Positions 38,792-49,991 of a stretch of DNA of 64,000 nucleotides are shown here, in pieces. This DNA is from an uncultured delta proteobacterium (GTDB lineage Bacteria > Desulfobacterota > Desulfobacteria > Desulfobacterales > B30-G6). Below the pieces are notes generated by a model, which had not been told where the DNA came from, searched no databases, and worked only from the letters and a program-made list of their open reading frames with translations. The number at the start of each line of letters is the position of its first letter. Position 1 is the first letter of the stretch. The position numbers and the translations under genes were made by a program. The stretch lies in the NCBI GenBank assembly GCA_963823335.1, contig CAWGLD010000005.1, forward strand, positions 320,001-384,000. The letters run 5' to 3'.

Positions 38792-40651
38792 GTGTCATGG
38801 GGGGCGCTCTTTTTGTCCAATTTTATTCCAGAAGAAAAAATTGAAGAAATCAAGAACGCCGCAGATATTGTTGAAGTTGTATCAGATTATGTCCTGCTGA
38901 AAAAGACTGGTAAGAATTACAGCGGCCTCTGCCCGTTTCATTCCGAAAAAGACGCTTCCTTTACTGTCAGTCCGGCCAAGCAGATTTTCCATTGTTTTGG
39001 ATGCAATACCGGTGGCAATGTCTTTAACTTTCTCATACGGCATGACGGTGTATCCTTTCCCGAAGCGGTAAGACTTCTTGCGAGACGTTACGGCATCGAT
39101 CTGCCGGAACGAAAAATGTCCCAGGCCATGCGTGAACAGATCAGTGAAAGAGAAAAGCTGTTGGCGATCAATCGAATGGCCAGGGACTACTATCACTGGA
39201 ATCTGCTGCATGATTCCTATGGCGAACAGGCAATGGCATATCTCCGGAATAGGGCAATAACACCATCGATTATTGACAGGTTTCAACTCGGTTATGCGCG
39301 TAATACCTGGGATGGTCTTCGAGAATACCTGCAGAAAAAACGTGTTCCCATAGACCTGATCGAGAAATCAGGGCTGGTGATTTCCCGAAAGTCCGGTTCA
39401 GGATTTTATGATCGTTTTAGGGAACGGATTGTTTTTCCAATATATAATCTTAACAAGCAGGTGATCGGATTCGGTGGACGGGTTTTGGATGCATCGCTGC
39501 CCAAATATCTGAATTCCCCTGAAACACCTGTGTATAGTAAAAGCAAATCGCTTTACGGTCTGCATCTTGCGCGCAACAAGTGCCGGGAGACCCGGACCAT
39601 CTATATTGTGGAGGGTTACTTCGATCTACTGGCCCTGCATCAATATGGTGTGGAAAACGCGGGTGCAACCCTGGGAACAGCCCTGACAACCGAGCACATC
39701 CACATGATCAAAGGATTTGCAGAAAAAGTGATTCTTGTCTTCGATGGAGATGAGGCCGGTATCCAGGCTTCCTTGAGAAGCGTGGGGATATTTATCGAAA
39801 AAGGCATGCAAGCCCGGGTGATGCTGCTGCCCAAGGGGCATGATCCTGATTCATTCATGCGAAAGTATGATTTAGAGGCCTTTGAGGAGCTGGCTGCCAA
39901 ATCACGCAGTGTTATTACCTTCATCATGGAATCAGCTCAGAAAAAATTCGGGCTTTCGGTGGAAGGGAAAATGCGAATTATCGAGGAACTGAAAATGCCC
40001 CTGGCGTCCATTGAAGATTCCACCGCGCAGGAAACCTACATCAAAGAGGTGTCGGAACATCTGGGGGTGAAAGAATACAGCCTCAAAGAAAAGGTCGACA
40101 AGGCTGCAGTGGAAATCCAAAAAGCGGGTACGACCTATCGTAAGCGGCCGACAGGTCACATACAGCAAGAAATCCAGTCGGAACGGTCTATAGCGGAAAC
40201 AGACAAAAAACGGATGACAGGCACCCGACTGGAACAGCAAATCCTTGCTATGATGCTTCAATACCCGGATATTTTACCTGATATCATTCAAGACAAAGTT
40301 TTAGATCATTTTGTAACCGAAACGTTAAAAACGCTCGGGGAATTGATACTATCCATGAAAAATGAAAAGGATTTTGATGTATCTAATTTAATCTCCATTG
40401 TTGACGATGATCAAAAAAGGAATATATTAACTTCGTTATCTATAAAGGAAGAAATGTGGAATCGGAAAGGCTGTCGAAAAGTTATTACCAAGTTTATCCA
40501 AAACAGCCCTCTGCGGTACGGCCTTTCCCTGACAGAGCAAATCAAGGCCGCGGAAAAAGATAACAATCAGGACCTTTTATTTAAATTACTTCAGGAGAAA
40601 CAAAAGATCGCCGTTTCAAATGAGCGACAGAAGCAGGAGCTATCCCAATAA
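38792..40651 (+). CDS. dnaG: DNA primase
   Basis: CPFH..CFGC zinc finger, [34 protein letters not shown]. Start may be the TTG at 38813. Confidence 0.98.
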   Translation: MSWGALFLSNFIPEEKIEEIKNAADIVEVVSDYVLLKKTGKNYSGLCPFHSEKDASFTVSPAKQIFHCFGCNTGGNVFNFLIRHDGVSFPEAVRLLARRYGIDLPERKMSQAMREQISEREKLLAINRMARDYYHWNLLHDSYGEQAMAYLRNRAITPSIIDRFQLGYARNTWDGLREYLQKKRVPIDLIEKSGLVISRKSGSGFYDRFRERIVFPIYNLNKQVIGFGGRVLDASLPKYLNSPETPVYSKSKSLYGLHLARNKCRETRTIYIVEGYFDLLALHQYGVENAGATLGTALTTEHIHMIKGFAEKVILVFDGDEAGIQASLRSVGIFIEKGMQARVMLLPKGHDPDSFMRKYDLEAFEELAAKSRSVITFIMESAQKKFGLSVEGKMRIIEELKMPLASIEDSTAQETYIKEVSEHLGVKEYSLKEKVDKAAVEIQKAGTTYRKRPTGHIQQEIQSERSIAETDKKRMTGTRLEQQILAMMLQYPDILPDIIQDKVLDHFVTETLKTLGELILSMKNEKDFDVSNLISIVDDDQKRNILTSLSIKEEMWNRKGCRKVITKFIQNSPLRYGLSLTEQIKAAEKDNNQDLLFKLLQEKQKIAVSNERQKQELSQ

Positions 40652-40715
40652 CAACACCCTGATACAAACAGCGCACTTATTTAGGCAAAAAATAGATGGC
40701 AGGAGGCTGGATTCA

Positions 40716-42830
40716 ATGGTGAAAAAAACAGATCCCAAAGAAAAGACCCTTAAAAAGACAACCCCAAAAGCCACATCTAAAATAAAACAGGCCAAAAAAC
40801 CAAAAGCAGATGCCGTCAAGACAAAAAAAACGGCAGTTAAAAAAGCCACAGCGGCAAAATCCAAGAAGAAATCCGTTCTGTCGTTGAAAAAAAGAAAACG
40901 TGCCGTGAAAAAGATCGCGGCTTCCAAAGCAACCCGGAAAACATCGAATAAAACGGCTCAACCTAAACCCGAAAAAACAGCATCCCATACGAAAATCATG
41001 GCAAAGAAAGATCAAAAGGCTCTAACGAAAAAGGCACCGCCTAAGATGAAAAAAACACAAGCGAAAACATCCAAATCCAAGCCGGAAAAAAATCTGGCAA
41101 TTAAGAACCAGAAGAAGCTGAAGACACTTATCACCAAAGGAAAAAAGCAGGGTTTTCTGACATATGAAGAGATCAATGAATTGATACCCGACGGGAAAGT
41201 GTCGGCCGAACAGATTGACAATACGTTGATCCTGTTTGGTGAAATGGGTATCACCATTACCGACAAGGAAAAAATATCCAAACAGATTGTAAAGCTTAAG
41301 GCGACGGAAAAGAAGGCCACCAAGACAGTTCAGAAAGGGTTGCCCGATTTTGGCACGGTGACAGACCCTGTTAAGATGTACCTGCGCGAGATGGGACTGG
41401 TTACCCTGTTGAGCCGCGAAGGGGAGGTTGAGATCGCCAAAAAAATTGAGGCCGGTGAACAGGATGTATTGAAGTCGCTTCTTGAAACCACCATGGGCGT
41501 CGACTATATCCTGAAATTGGGCGAACACATCAAGGAAGGGGAGTTGCGTCCCAAGCATGTTCTGCGTGATATCGACGAAGGCGACACATTTATCGACGAA
41601 GTGGTTCAAATTGCGAATTTTGGCGTCACCGTAACGGAGATAAAAGCGATCGACGATGAAAACAAAATTTTCAGGGAACAACTCATGTCGGACAACCTGC
41701 CGGCCGATGAACAGCGTAAAATCCGACGGTGCATTTCCCGCAGAAACACCAAGCTTTTCGAATCCCTGAAAGGATGGCGTCTGGAAGGTTCGGTTATCGA
41801 TCAGATGGAGGAAGACATCAAAAGGCTGAACGACTGGTTCGATGAGATGCAGCGACTGACAACATTATGTGCCGAGGCCTTTGGCATGCCCATCAAAGAT
41901 TTTCGAACCAGTCTGAAAAACAAGACCACATTTACTAGGTGGGCCAACAAACATTGCTCCCTCACACGGGATGAACTGGGAACCCTTTATAAAAGCCTGG
42001 CCAAAGTACGTGATGAAATCGAGGAAAAGGAAAAATTGACAAAGGCTAACAGCAGATCCCTGAAGCGAATCATCGCCAATGTCAACGAAGGACGTTTTTG
42101 GGCAAAGCTGGCCAAAAGTGAACTGATAAAAGCCAATTTGCGCCTGGTGGTCAGTATTGCCAAGAAATATACCAACAGAGGGTTACAGTTTCTCGATCTG
42201 ATACAGGAAGGTAACATCGGACTTATGAAGGCGGTTGATAAATTTGAATATCGAAGGGGATACAAATTTTCGACCTACGCCACCTGGTGGATTCGACAGG
42301 CGATCACGCGGGCCATTGCCGATCAGGCCCGGACGATTCGTATCCCGGTCCATATGATCGAAACCATCAACAAGCTCATACGGACCTCACGATACCTCGT
42401 GCAGGAACTTGGCAGAGAACCCAAACCTGAAGAGATCGCCGAAAAAATGGAAATTCCGCTGGACAAGGTGCGCAAAGTGCTCAAGATCGCGAGAGAACCC
42501 ATTTCCCTTGAAACACCCATCGGAGAAGAAGAAGATAGCCACCTGGGCGATTTTATCGAGGACAAAAAATTCGTTCTGCCCTCGGATGCGGCCGTCAATT
42601 TGAATCTGGCAGAACAGACCCGCAAGGTGCTCGCGACGCTGACGCCCAGGGAGGAAAAAGTGCTACGAATGCGTTTCGGTATTGGTGAAAAAGCGGATCA
42701 TACCCTCGAGGAGGTCGGTCAGGATTTTACCGTTACGCGTGAAAGGATACGGCAGATCGAAGCCAAGGCACTACGCAAGTTGAGACACCCCACAAGAAGT
42801 CGAAAATTAAAGAGTTTCATTGAAACCTAA
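40716..42830 (+). CDS. rpoD: RNA polymerase primary sigma factor with Lys-rich N-terminal extension
   Basis: [67 protein letters not shown] before the ATG at 40716. Confidence 0.98.
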   Translation: MVKKTDPKEKTLKKTTPKATSKIKQAKKPKADAVKTKKTAVKKATAAKSKKKSVLSLKKRKRAVKKIAASKATRKTSNKTAQPKPEKTASHTKIMAKKDQKALTKKAPPKMKKTQAKTSKSKPEKNLAIKNQKKLKTLITKGKKQGFLTYEEINELIPDGKVSAEQIDNTLILFGEMGITITDKEKISKQIVKLKATEKKATKTVQKGLPDFGTVTDPVKMYLREMGLVTLLSREGEVEIAKKIEAGEQDVLKSLLETTMGVDYILKLGEHIKEGELRPKHVLRDIDEGDTFIDEVVQIANFGVTVTEIKAIDDENKIFREQLMSDNLPADEQRKIRRCISRRNTKLFESLKGWRLEGSVIDQMEEDIKRLNDWFDEMQRLTTLCAEAFGMPIKDFRTSLKNKTTFTRWANKHCSLTRDELGTLYKSLAKVRDEIEEKEKLTKANSRSLKRIIANVNEGRFWAKLAKSELIKANLRLVVSIAKKYTNRGLQFLDLIQEGNIGLMKAVDKFEYRRGYKFSTYATWWIRQAITRAIADQARTIRIPVHMIETINKLIRTSRYLVQELGREPKPEEIAEKMEIPLDKVRKVLKIAREPISLETPIGEEEDSHLGDFIEDKKFVLPSDAAVNLNLAEQTRKVLATLTPREEKVLRMRFGIGEKADHTLEEVGQDFTVTRERIRQIEAKALRKLRHPTRSRKLKSFIET

Positions 42831-42918
42831 TTCTTGACAAAAACCATCATGACGGGTACTAACGGGTTTACTTTATCCCTTGACGCCTCCATGGAATAAT
42901 TTATTTTAATGGTGCCTA

Positions 42919-42994
42919 GGGCCCATAGCTCAGCTGGCAGAGCCACCGGCTCATAACCGGTAGGTCCCTGGTTCGATCCCAGGTGGGCCCACCA
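42919..42994 (+). tRNA. tRNA with CAT anticodon, most likely tRNA-Ile2 (lysidine-modified) rather than Met
   Basis: 76-nt cloverleaf GGGCCCA...TGGGCCC-ACCA with anticodon loop CTCATAA. G1-C72 pairing excludes initiator tRNA; position after rpoD matches ileX. Confidence 0.9.
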
Positions 42995-43088
42995 AGAAAA
43001 AAGGCTTTGAGGACAGTGCATTTAAAAAGACCTATCAGGGTCGGGTGATTGGATGCTTGACTTTTCTATGCAATGGAAAAGTTGATCT

Positions 43089-43126
43089 AAGGGCGTGGCA
43101 GTTCAACCGAACCACGCCTTTTTTTA
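43089..43126 (+). terminator. Rho-independent terminator
   Basis: GGCGTGG-N13-CCACGCC followed by T7. Confidence 0.7.
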
Positions 43127-43214
43127 TTGCATAACTTCGCATTTGTGACGCACATCTGGACACAAACGATGTTCGCTGAACTATCCTGGAAACAGATGTC
43201 GTATAGGAGATGTA

Positions 43215-44018
43215 ATGGGCTGTAAACTGGGTGAGGTCATCGATGCTGTCGAAGAGATAATTCCCAGCGAACTTGCCGAAGAATGGGACAACAGCGGCAT
43301 GCAGCTGGGAGATCGCGACTGGCAAGTTGAAAAGATCTGGGTGGCGCTCGATCCTTTGCCTGAGGTGATATCGGCGGCTTGCCGGAAAGATGTCGATCTT
43401 GTCATTACCCACCATCCCCTGATATTTAAGCCCCTCTCCACCATAGATGTCAGCACGCTGGAGGGTTTTGTGATTCAACAGGCCCTGGATCATCAGGTGG
43501 CCATTTATGCAGTCCACACCAATCTTGACAGAATCGAGGGTGGTGTTAATGACGTTCTGGCCTCCAGGATCGGTTTGTGCAATACCACACCCTTGTCCAT
43601 TGATAGGGTTTCGGGAAAACCCGGATTTGGAAGAATTGGAAATCTGGCGCTGCCAACGCCCCTTGCTTTGTTGGCCAAAAAACTCAAGCAGGCATTGGCC
43701 CTGGGTCATCTCAGGGTGGCCGGGAATCTGGACCTGGTCATCAAGACGGCGGCTGTTTGCTCAGGGAGTGGTTCCGGTATGCTCAGCGCTTTCTTCGATT
43801 CCGGGGCAGATGTGTTCATTAGCGGCGATCTAAAATACCATGATGCGCGGAATTTTGAATTTGCCCAAAAAGCGCTTATCGATATCGGCCATTTTGCCTC
43901 AGAACATTTGATAGTCGAAACGTTTGCTGAACGACTGAAGCGTCACTTTCATGACAAAAAGTTGGTTTTGACAGTGGCCTCTTACAGACGCGAAAAAGAT
44001 CCTTTTGTGATTTTATGA
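43215..44018 (+). CDS. Nif3-like dinuclear metal-centre protein
   Basis: AEEWDNSG, ITHHPL, HTNLD, SGSG, GDLKYH, GHFASE. Confidence 0.95.
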   Translation: MGCKLGEVIDAVEEIIPSELAEEWDNSGMQLGDRDWQVEKIWVALDPLPEVISAACRKDVDLVITHHPLIFKPLSTIDVSTLEGFVIQQALDHQVAIYAVHTNLDRIEGGVNDVLASRIGLCNTTPLSIDRVSGKPGFGRIGNLALPTPLALLAKKLKQALALGHLRVAGNLDLVIKTAAVCSGSGSGMLSAFFDSGADVFISGDLKYHDARNFEFAQKALIDIGHFASEHLIVETFAERLKRHFHDKKLVLTVASYRREKDPFVIL

Positions 44019-44096
44019 CCGAAACATTTCGTGACATATGACAGGCAATACCGTACTTGACGATTTGCCAATACAAATAATGGAATAGGAGAGAAC

Positions 44097-44810
44097 ATGG
44101 CTATGCGGGAGCAAATAGCAATACTGGTAAGGCTTCAGGCCATTGATTCAGATATCCAGGAAATCGAAAAAAGACTTGGAAAAGTGGACGGAGAAATGGC
44201 CGGTCTCGATTTGGAGATAGAAACGTTTGTGTCAGCGATGAAGGAAAAAGCGTCTGTTCACGAAGAATATCAGAGGCGATATCGGTCACTGGAGTCGGAT
44301 GCCAATATGAATCTTCCTAAAATTGCCAAAAGCAAAGAAAAACTGGCATCGGTCAAAACCAACAAGGAGTATCAGGCCCTACTGAAAGAGATCGAAGATC
44401 TAAAAACTGCCAATTCCACGTTAGAGGACCAGATGTTGGAAATCCTTGAGCAGAGCGATAATGCTGAAACGCAGATTCGTGATAAAAAACAAGCGTTTGA
44501 AACTGCAAAAATTAGAGTGGCTGAAGAAAAGGCAGGCATAGCAATGACTGCCGAACAAGATCGCTCAAGACTTGCCGGGCTTCAGGCAGATTATCAGACA
44601 GTCCTGGGTAGCGTAAATCCGGATATTTTGAAAGCATTCAGATCGGTCCGGAGCCGGATCGGAAACCTCGCCATAGCCAAGGTCGAAGATGCTGTATGCG
44701 CCGGATGCCATATGAACGTACCGCCCCAGATGTACAACGAACTTCAGCGATTTGAATCGCTCATGTACTGTCCGCAATGTCAGCGGATAATTTATAGCAG
44801 TAAACTATAA
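44097..44810 (+). CDS. Coiled-coil protein with C-terminal C4 zinc ribbon (DUF164/CT398-like)
   Basis: LQAID, NKEY, CAGC...CPQCQRI; conventional position after nif3. Confidence 0.9.
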   Translation: MAMREQIAILVRLQAIDSDIQEIEKRLGKVDGEMAGLDLEIETFVSAMKEKASVHEEYQRRYRSLESDANMNLPKIAKSKEKLASVKTNKEYQALLKEIEDLKTANSTLEDQMLEILEQSDNAETQIRDKKQAFETAKIRVAEEKAGIAMTAEQDRSRLAGLQADYQTVLGSVNPDILKAFRSVRSRIGNLAIAKVEDAVCAGCHMNVPPQMYNELQRFESLMYCPQCQRIIYSSKL

Positions 44811-44812
44811 TC

Positions 44813-44910
44813 GTTTTAAGTTTTTGCTTTTAAGTTTTAGGTGGTTAAGAGTTGAGAAGCTATTTTTTTGTAAGGAAAACGTAACACCTAAAACTTAATA
44901 CCTAACACCA
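44813..44910. repeat. Inverted 7-mer cassette (GTTTTAG)n ... (CTAAAAC)n upstream of rnpB
   Basis: Same family at 45320-45440 and 4609-4640; 18-nt exact inverted match between 4609-4626 and 44877-44894. Confidence 0.7.
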
Positions 44911-44920
44911 CAGAAAGTTA

Positions 44921-45310
44921 TTGGCCAAAGCAGATCAAACGATCGCTGGGTCAACCTGGTTGACCGGGAGGAAAGTCCGAACACCAAAGGGCAGGGTGCT
45001 CCATAACATGGAGTCGCGGTGACGCGAAGGAAAGTGCAACAGAAAGTATACCGCCCGGTGCTTGAAAGAGCATCAGGTAAGGGTGAAATGGTGCGGTAAG
45101 AGCGCACCAGTTCCCCGGGTGACCGGGGAAGCTTGGTAAACCCCACCCGGTGCAAGACCAAATAGGGAAGCGACTGAGAACGGCCCGTTCGAGCTTCCGG
45201 GTAGGTCGCAAGAGGTGGCAGGCAACTGTCACCCTAGATGAATGATCGTTACCCGAATGAGGGAAACCTGATTCGGGCACAAAATTCGGCTTATGAGCTG
45301 CTTTGGCCAA
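44921..45310 (+). ncRNA. rnpB: RNase P RNA (class A)
   Basis: GAGGAAAGTCC, GAAAGTGCAACAGAAA, GGTAAACCCC and AAAATTCGGCTTAT motifs; P1 helix TTGGCCAAAGCAG / CTGCTTTGGCCAA. Confidence 0.97.
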
Positions 45311-45319
45311 TATTTATGC

Positions 45320-45440
45320 AGTTTTAGGTTTTAAGTTTTGTCTACAAGTTATTAGCCATTTGCAGGTAACAGCTTACCATTTCATTCTGTTAGCGCTAAG
45401 CTTGGGCCGCCTAAAACTTAAAACCTAAAACTTAACACGA
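45320..45440. repeat. Inverted 7-mer cassette downstream of rnpB
   Basis: GTTTTAGGTTTTAAGTTTT ... CCTAAAACTTAAAACCTAAAACTTAA. Confidence 0.75.
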
Positions 45441-45454
45441 GAGTATTATCGCCC

Positions 45455-46759
45455 ATGGAATCACTTGAAAACAACCTTTCTTTTCTCGAAAAGGCGCGCA
45501 TATTTTCTCACGATTATATCAAATGCTGTCTGTATATTGCGACATGTGATGTGGACACGGCTCATTTTACCAAGAATCTCTATTCCCGGCTTATCGGTGT
45601 ATCTCAAGTGTTGGAGGACTTTCTCGATTTCCATGGCGCAAAAAACAACGAGGCCTGGTATTTTTACAGAGAACTCACTGCAGCCATTCGCCACTTGAGT
45701 CTGGGTGCTTATTCACAGTTGCACATTCAGAACCGAATGATTTTCTATGATTTGCAAGGAACTGAGGAATTTAAGCATGAAGGTGCAAGCACGTCCCGTT
45801 TTCTGACCAGTTCACTGATCAGACTGGCACCGGTTATTATTGAGGAGGCGCGTCTGCTCCAAATTCCGTTTCCGGTCACCTCATTTAAAGCGGAAGATTT
45901 TCCGGCTATAACGACTCAGGAAATATTGAACTACGACATCGATGATGAATCCAAGGATGTTCAAAAGAAGAACATCGTTAAAATATCAGGTGAGTTAATA
46001 AGAATCGCTCATTCATTTGACGAATTTGTGTTTTATGAGCCATACGATCTGGATGAGATGCGGGCGCTTGTCCCCGAAAAAGTAAACGAAGTTGAAATCC
46101 GACGTTTCGAAATGCTGGTTCATAATCTTCAATCGTCTTTTGATACGTACGTGATTCATGGTGGCTATCTATTTGGAAATCGAAAACTCAAACAGCTGAG
46201 AAGCTTTTTTTCAGTTGTGTTTCATCTGCTACAGATGATCGGCCGTTTGCTGCATTTATACGAGAGACATCTCCACGATGCCGGATATAAAAATATCTAT
46301 AAGAAGGTTCAGGGCAGGCTGTCCGAGCTGGTCAATCCGGAAAAATTACTGGACAGAACCATCAATTATGGCCTTTTCTTTGTCTGCCACTTCCTGACCA
46401 CCGCGATAGGCCTGGCCAAAGAAATTTTGAATGAAAATATCGAACGGTCGATTGTCAGGGTAGGTGTTCCAATGGCGCTCGGTTTTCATATGAGACCCAG
46501 CCTCCTGGTTGCCAAAATCGTACAGTACTACGGCGGTGAAGTGGAATTATGTGTTGGCAAAGATCGTTTTGATGCCAGTAGTGTTCTTGATATCCAGTGG
46601 GCTGGAGGCAAAATTCAAAAAGAAAAAATCACTGAAGTACAGTTCGAAGGTGACGTTCGGGCATTGAAAGACATCCAGATTCTTGCGGGTGCCAATTATG
46701 GAGAGGACACCATGGGAAAGGATGCACCGCTACCGGGAGAATTGAAATACCTGAGATAA
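45455..46759 (+). CDS. Protein with C-terminal HPr-like phosphocarrier domain and unknown helical N-terminal region
   Basis: GFHMRPS (His15 motif) and DASSVL (Ser46 motif) in the last ~100 aa. Confidence 0.75.
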   Translation: MESLENNLSFLEKARIFSHDYIKCCLYIATCDVDTAHFTKNLYSRLIGVSQVLEDFLDFHGAKNNEAWYFYRELTAAIRHLSLGAYSQLHIQNRMIFYDLQGTEEFKHEGASTSRFLTSSLIRLAPVIIEEARLLQIPFPVTSFKAEDFPAITTQEILNYDIDDESKDVQKKNIVKISGELIRIAHSFDEFVFYEPYDLDEMRALVPEKVNEVEIRRFEMLVHNLQSSFDTYVIHGGYLFGNRKLKQLRSFFSVVFHLLQMIGRLLHLYERHLHDAGYKNIYKKVQGRLSELVNPEKLLDRTINYGLFFVCHFLTTAIGLAKEILNENIERSIVRVGVPMALGFHMRPSLLVAKIVQYYGGEVELCVGKDRFDASSVLDIQWAGGKIQKEKITEVQFEGDVRALKDIQILAGANYGEDTMGKDAPLPGELKYLR

Positions 46760-47457
46760 TGCAGACACATGCCATCATTGTCAGTGCCGGGCGGGGCGTC
46801 CGGATGAATCAGGCGACACCCAAACAGTACCTCTTACTGCAGGGAAGACCAGTGCTGTGTCATACGGTCATGGCCTTCAGCAAATGTCCCGAAGTTGATA
46901 AGATTTTACTGGTGGTGCCGGAAAAGGATATCCGGTACTGCCGGGAGCAACTTCTTTCCGATTTGTGTATCGATACACCGGTCAAGGTTCTTGCCGGGGG
47001 TAAACGGCGGCAGGATTCGGTATTCAACGGCATTCTATCCATTGACGACAGGGATGGTATTGTGGTAATTCACGACGGAGTGCGCCCGCTGATACGGCCG
47101 CAGATGATATCGCGCTGTATCAACAAAGCCATGACCACGGGCGCCTGTATTTTGGGTGTGCCTCTGCAGGACACCCTCAAAATGGTGGGCTGCGACAGCC
47201 TGATACAAGGAACAATCAAAAGAGAGCGTCTGTGGACCGCTCAGACGCCCCAGGCCTTTCACTATCAACTCATTCGTGAGGCACATGAAGCTGCAGCCAA
47301 AGCAGGCGTCGAAGCCACGGATGACGCGGCTTTGATGGAACGGATGGGTTCGCCAGTGTACATCTTGCGGAGCACAGCGGACAATCTTAAAATTACGACA
47401 AATGACGATCTGGTTTTGGCAGATGCAATTTTGTCGCAAACCAAGCAGGAGAGATGA
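46759..47457 (+). CDS. ispD: 2-C-methyl-D-erythritol 4-phosphate cytidylyltransferase
   Basis: AGRGVRM..PKQY, GG.RRQDSV, IHDGVRP, AQTPQAF, TDDA, NLKITT. Confidence 0.97.
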   Translation: MQTHAIIVSAGRGVRMNQATPKQYLLLQGRPVLCHTVMAFSKCPEVDKILLVVPEKDIRYCREQLLSDLCIDTPVKVLAGGKRRQDSVFNGILSIDDRDGIVVIHDGVRPLIRPQMISRCINKAMTTGACILGVPLQDTLKMVGCDSLIQGTIKRERLWTAQTPQAFHYQLIREAHEAAAKAGVEATDDAALMERMGSPVYILRSTADNLKITTNDDLVLADAILSQTKQER

Positions 47458-49961
47458 TATTGTCGTTACCTGAAATATTGATTGTGGATGATGATGCCAG
47501 TTTCCGGGGGCTCCTGGAGGAGTTTCTCAGCAAACAGGGTTTTCATGCCTCGGCTGTCAGTGGTGGGGAAGACGCCGTGAAACAACTGTCCAAAAGGAAA
47601 TTCGATGTTGCCCTGCTCGATCTGATGATGCCTGGAATGGATGGTTATGAAGTCATGGACTTCATCAACGATCAAGAACTTGAAACCAATGTCATCGTTA
47701 TGACCGGCAATGCCTCGACACAATCGGCCGTTACTTCTTTGCGGAAAGGTGTATACGATTTCCTGGACAAACCCTTTGATCTGGAAGCATTGTCCAGCGC
47801 CATTAAGGGTGCCATTGGGAAAAAGCGCTCCAACGATGAAAAAAAAAGAGCCAAGGAAGAACTTGTCCAGGCATACAATGACATGGAAGCCGAAATCCGG
47901 GATCAGACTGCCGAGCTTCTGCGGAAGCACGACCAATTGGACTTGGAAATAGAAAATCGAAATCTTGTTGAAGCTGCCTTTCGAGACAGTGAAAGCAAAT
48001 ATAAATCCCTGACTGATAATTTGAATGTGGGCGTGTATCGCAATACCGTGGGTGCAGAGGGACAGTTTATCGAAGTGAATCCGGCCATCGTGCAAATGTT
48101 TGGTTATGATTCACGGGAAGAATTTACCGCGGTGAATGTTTCCGATCTGTATGAAGATCCGTCTCAACGGTTGAAATTCAGTGAGGGGCTGGCCAAAAAA
48201 GGTTTTACCAAGAACATCGAACTGTGCCTAAAACGAAAGGACGGTACACCTTTTGTCGGGGCGGTATCCGCCGTGGCCGTCAAGGATGAGCGTGGTGAAA
48301 TTCAGTATTATGATGGGATTATCGAAGATATAACCGAGCGGAAACTTGCCGATGAGGCGCTCATCAGAAACGAACACTGGTATCGAACCCTTACCCAGAT
48401 CGGGCTTTCCCTGTCCGCGGAAAAGGACACCAAGAAACTTCTGGAACGGATTGTCATCGAGGCCCGGACCCTTACCAATGCTGATGCCGGAACTCTTTAT
48501 CTACTGGACAAGGAAACCCAGGAACTGACATTCGAAATTGTCCAAAATGATTCCATACAGATCGAAATAGGCGGCACGGGCGGTGTGAATGCCGAGTTGC
48601 CCAATGTGCCGCTGTTTATCAATGGTGAACCCAATCATGCCAATGTGTCGTCTTCGGTTGCCTTGACCGGTGAGACCATCAATATAAAAGATGTTTACGG
48701 GCCAGAAGGAAAACGATTCCCGGGACCCAGGGAATATGACGCCATATCCGGTTATCACACAAAATCGATGCTTGTCATGCCCCTCAAGAATCACGAAAAC
48801 GAGATCATTGGGGTCTTGCAGCTGTTGAATGCCAAACACCTGAAAAGTGGTCAATCCATCTTTTTTTCCGAAGGGTACGTTGATCTGGTAGCCGCCCTTG
48901 CGTCCCAGGCAGCGGTAGCCCTGACCAATGCCCAGTTGATCGAGAACCTCAACAATCTCTTCTATGCCTTTATCCGGAGCATTGCCACCGCTATCGATGA
49001 AAAATCTCCCTATACCGGAGGCCATATAAATCGGGTGGTTCAACTGAGTATGATGCTGGCCGAGAAAATCAATCAAGACGAGACAGGCGCTTTCAAGAAT
49101 ATCCACTTCACCAAGGAAGAGCTGGAAGAGTTGCGTCTGGCAGCATGGATGCATGATGTCGGTAAGGTGACGACCCCTGAAAATATCGTCAATAAGGCAA
49201 GCAAACTTGAAACAATTTTCGATCGCGTCAATTTAGTCGAAACCCGGTTTGCCCTGATTGCGTCTGAGATGGTTAACAAGCACCTGGAGGTAAAGCTGGA
49301 ATTGTTGAAAAGGAAGCAGGTCGATCTTTCAAACGTGGGTCTGGCCGACCAATCGTTAGCTGAAGATTTGCAGATATTGCTTCAAGAGCTTGAATTCATT
49401 AAAACGTGTAACAGCGCTAATCAGCCCATGACCGAAGAACGACTCACGCGTCTTCGGAACATCGGAAAGAAGGAATACACGTTTCAAAATGAAAAACGAG
49501 CATACCTGACCGAAGATGAAATCAAGAATTTGAGCATACGCTACGGCAACCTCACGGACGAGGAGCGTATGGTTGTTGAGAATCATGCCAACATGACGCT
49601 CAAGATATTAAAGCAGCTGTCTTTTCCGTTGAAGCTGGAGAAGGTTCCGGAGTTCGCCGGTGGGCATCATGAGAAGTTGGATGGTTCGGGTTATCCTCTG
49701 GGACTTACGGGAAAAGAGCTTCCGCTGCAGACCCGGATTCTGGCCATTGTCGACATTTTCGAAGCGCTGACTGCCCGGGACAGGCCTTATCGTAAACCCA
49801 TGAAGCTTTCCGAGGTGACCAAGATCATAGGATTTATGAAAGATAACCATAAAATTGATCCAGATCTGTTCGATCTTCTCATCGAAAGCGGCGCCTATTT
49901 TGAATACGCCATGCAAGAAATGGATCCTAAGCAGATAGACATACCCAATCCTGTTTCATGA
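47454..49961 (+). CDS. REC-PAS-GAF-HD-GYP cyclic dinucleotide phosphodiesterase
   Basis: Receiver (VDDD, DLMMP, KPF), PAS ending DITER, GAF, YTGGH, MHDVGK, HHEKLDGSGYP, DIFEALTA.DRPY. Confidence 0.92.
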   Translation: MILSLPEILIVDDDASFRGLLEEFLSKQGFHASAVSGGEDAVKQLSKRKFDVALLDLMMPGMDGYEVMDFINDQELETNVIVMTGNASTQSAVTSLRKGVYDFLDKPFDLEALSSAIKGAIGKKRSNDEKKRAKEELVQAYNDMEAEIRDQTAELLRKHDQLDLEIENRNLVEAAFRDSESKYKSLTDNLNVGVYRNTVGAEGQFIEVNPAIVQMFGYDSREEFTAVNVSDLYEDPSQRLKFSEGLAKKGFTKNIELCLKRKDGTPFVGAVSAVAVKDERGEIQYYDGIIEDITERKLADEALIRNEHWYRTLTQIGLSLSAEKDTKKLLERIVIEARTLTNADAGTLYLLDKETQELTFEIVQNDSIQIEIGGTGGVNAELPNVPLFINGEPNHANVSSSVALTGETINIKDVYGPEGKRFPGPREYDAISGYHTKSMLVMPLKNHENEIIGVLQLLNAKHLKSGQSIFFSEGYVDLVAALASQAAVALTNAQLIENLNNLFYAFIRSIATAIDEKSPYTGGHINRVVQLSMMLAEKINQDETGAFKNIHFTKEELEELRLAAWMHDVGKVTTPENIVNKASKLETIFDRVNLVETRFALIASEMVNKHLEVKLELLKRKQVDLSNVGLADQSLAEDLQILLQELEFIKTCNSANQPMTEERLTRLRNIGKKEYTFQNEKRAYLTEDEIKNLSIRYGNLTDEERMVVENHANMTLKILKQLSFPLKLEKVPEFAGGHHEKLDGSGYPLGLTGKELPLQTRILAIVDIFEALTARDRPYRKPMKLSEVTKIIGFMKDNHKIDPDLFDLLIESGAYFEYAMQEMDPKQIDIPNPVS

Positions 49962-49991
49962 TACGAATTAGGTTGTTTAGTCTACAGCCTA

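Noticed and set aside
42995..43126. Possible small RNA between the CAT tRNA and its terminator
   Set aside because: Contains small stems but no recognisable family; most simply a tRNA trailer.
44895..45310. Minus-strand ORFs of 88 and 119 aa
   Set aside because: Antisense to RNase P RNA.
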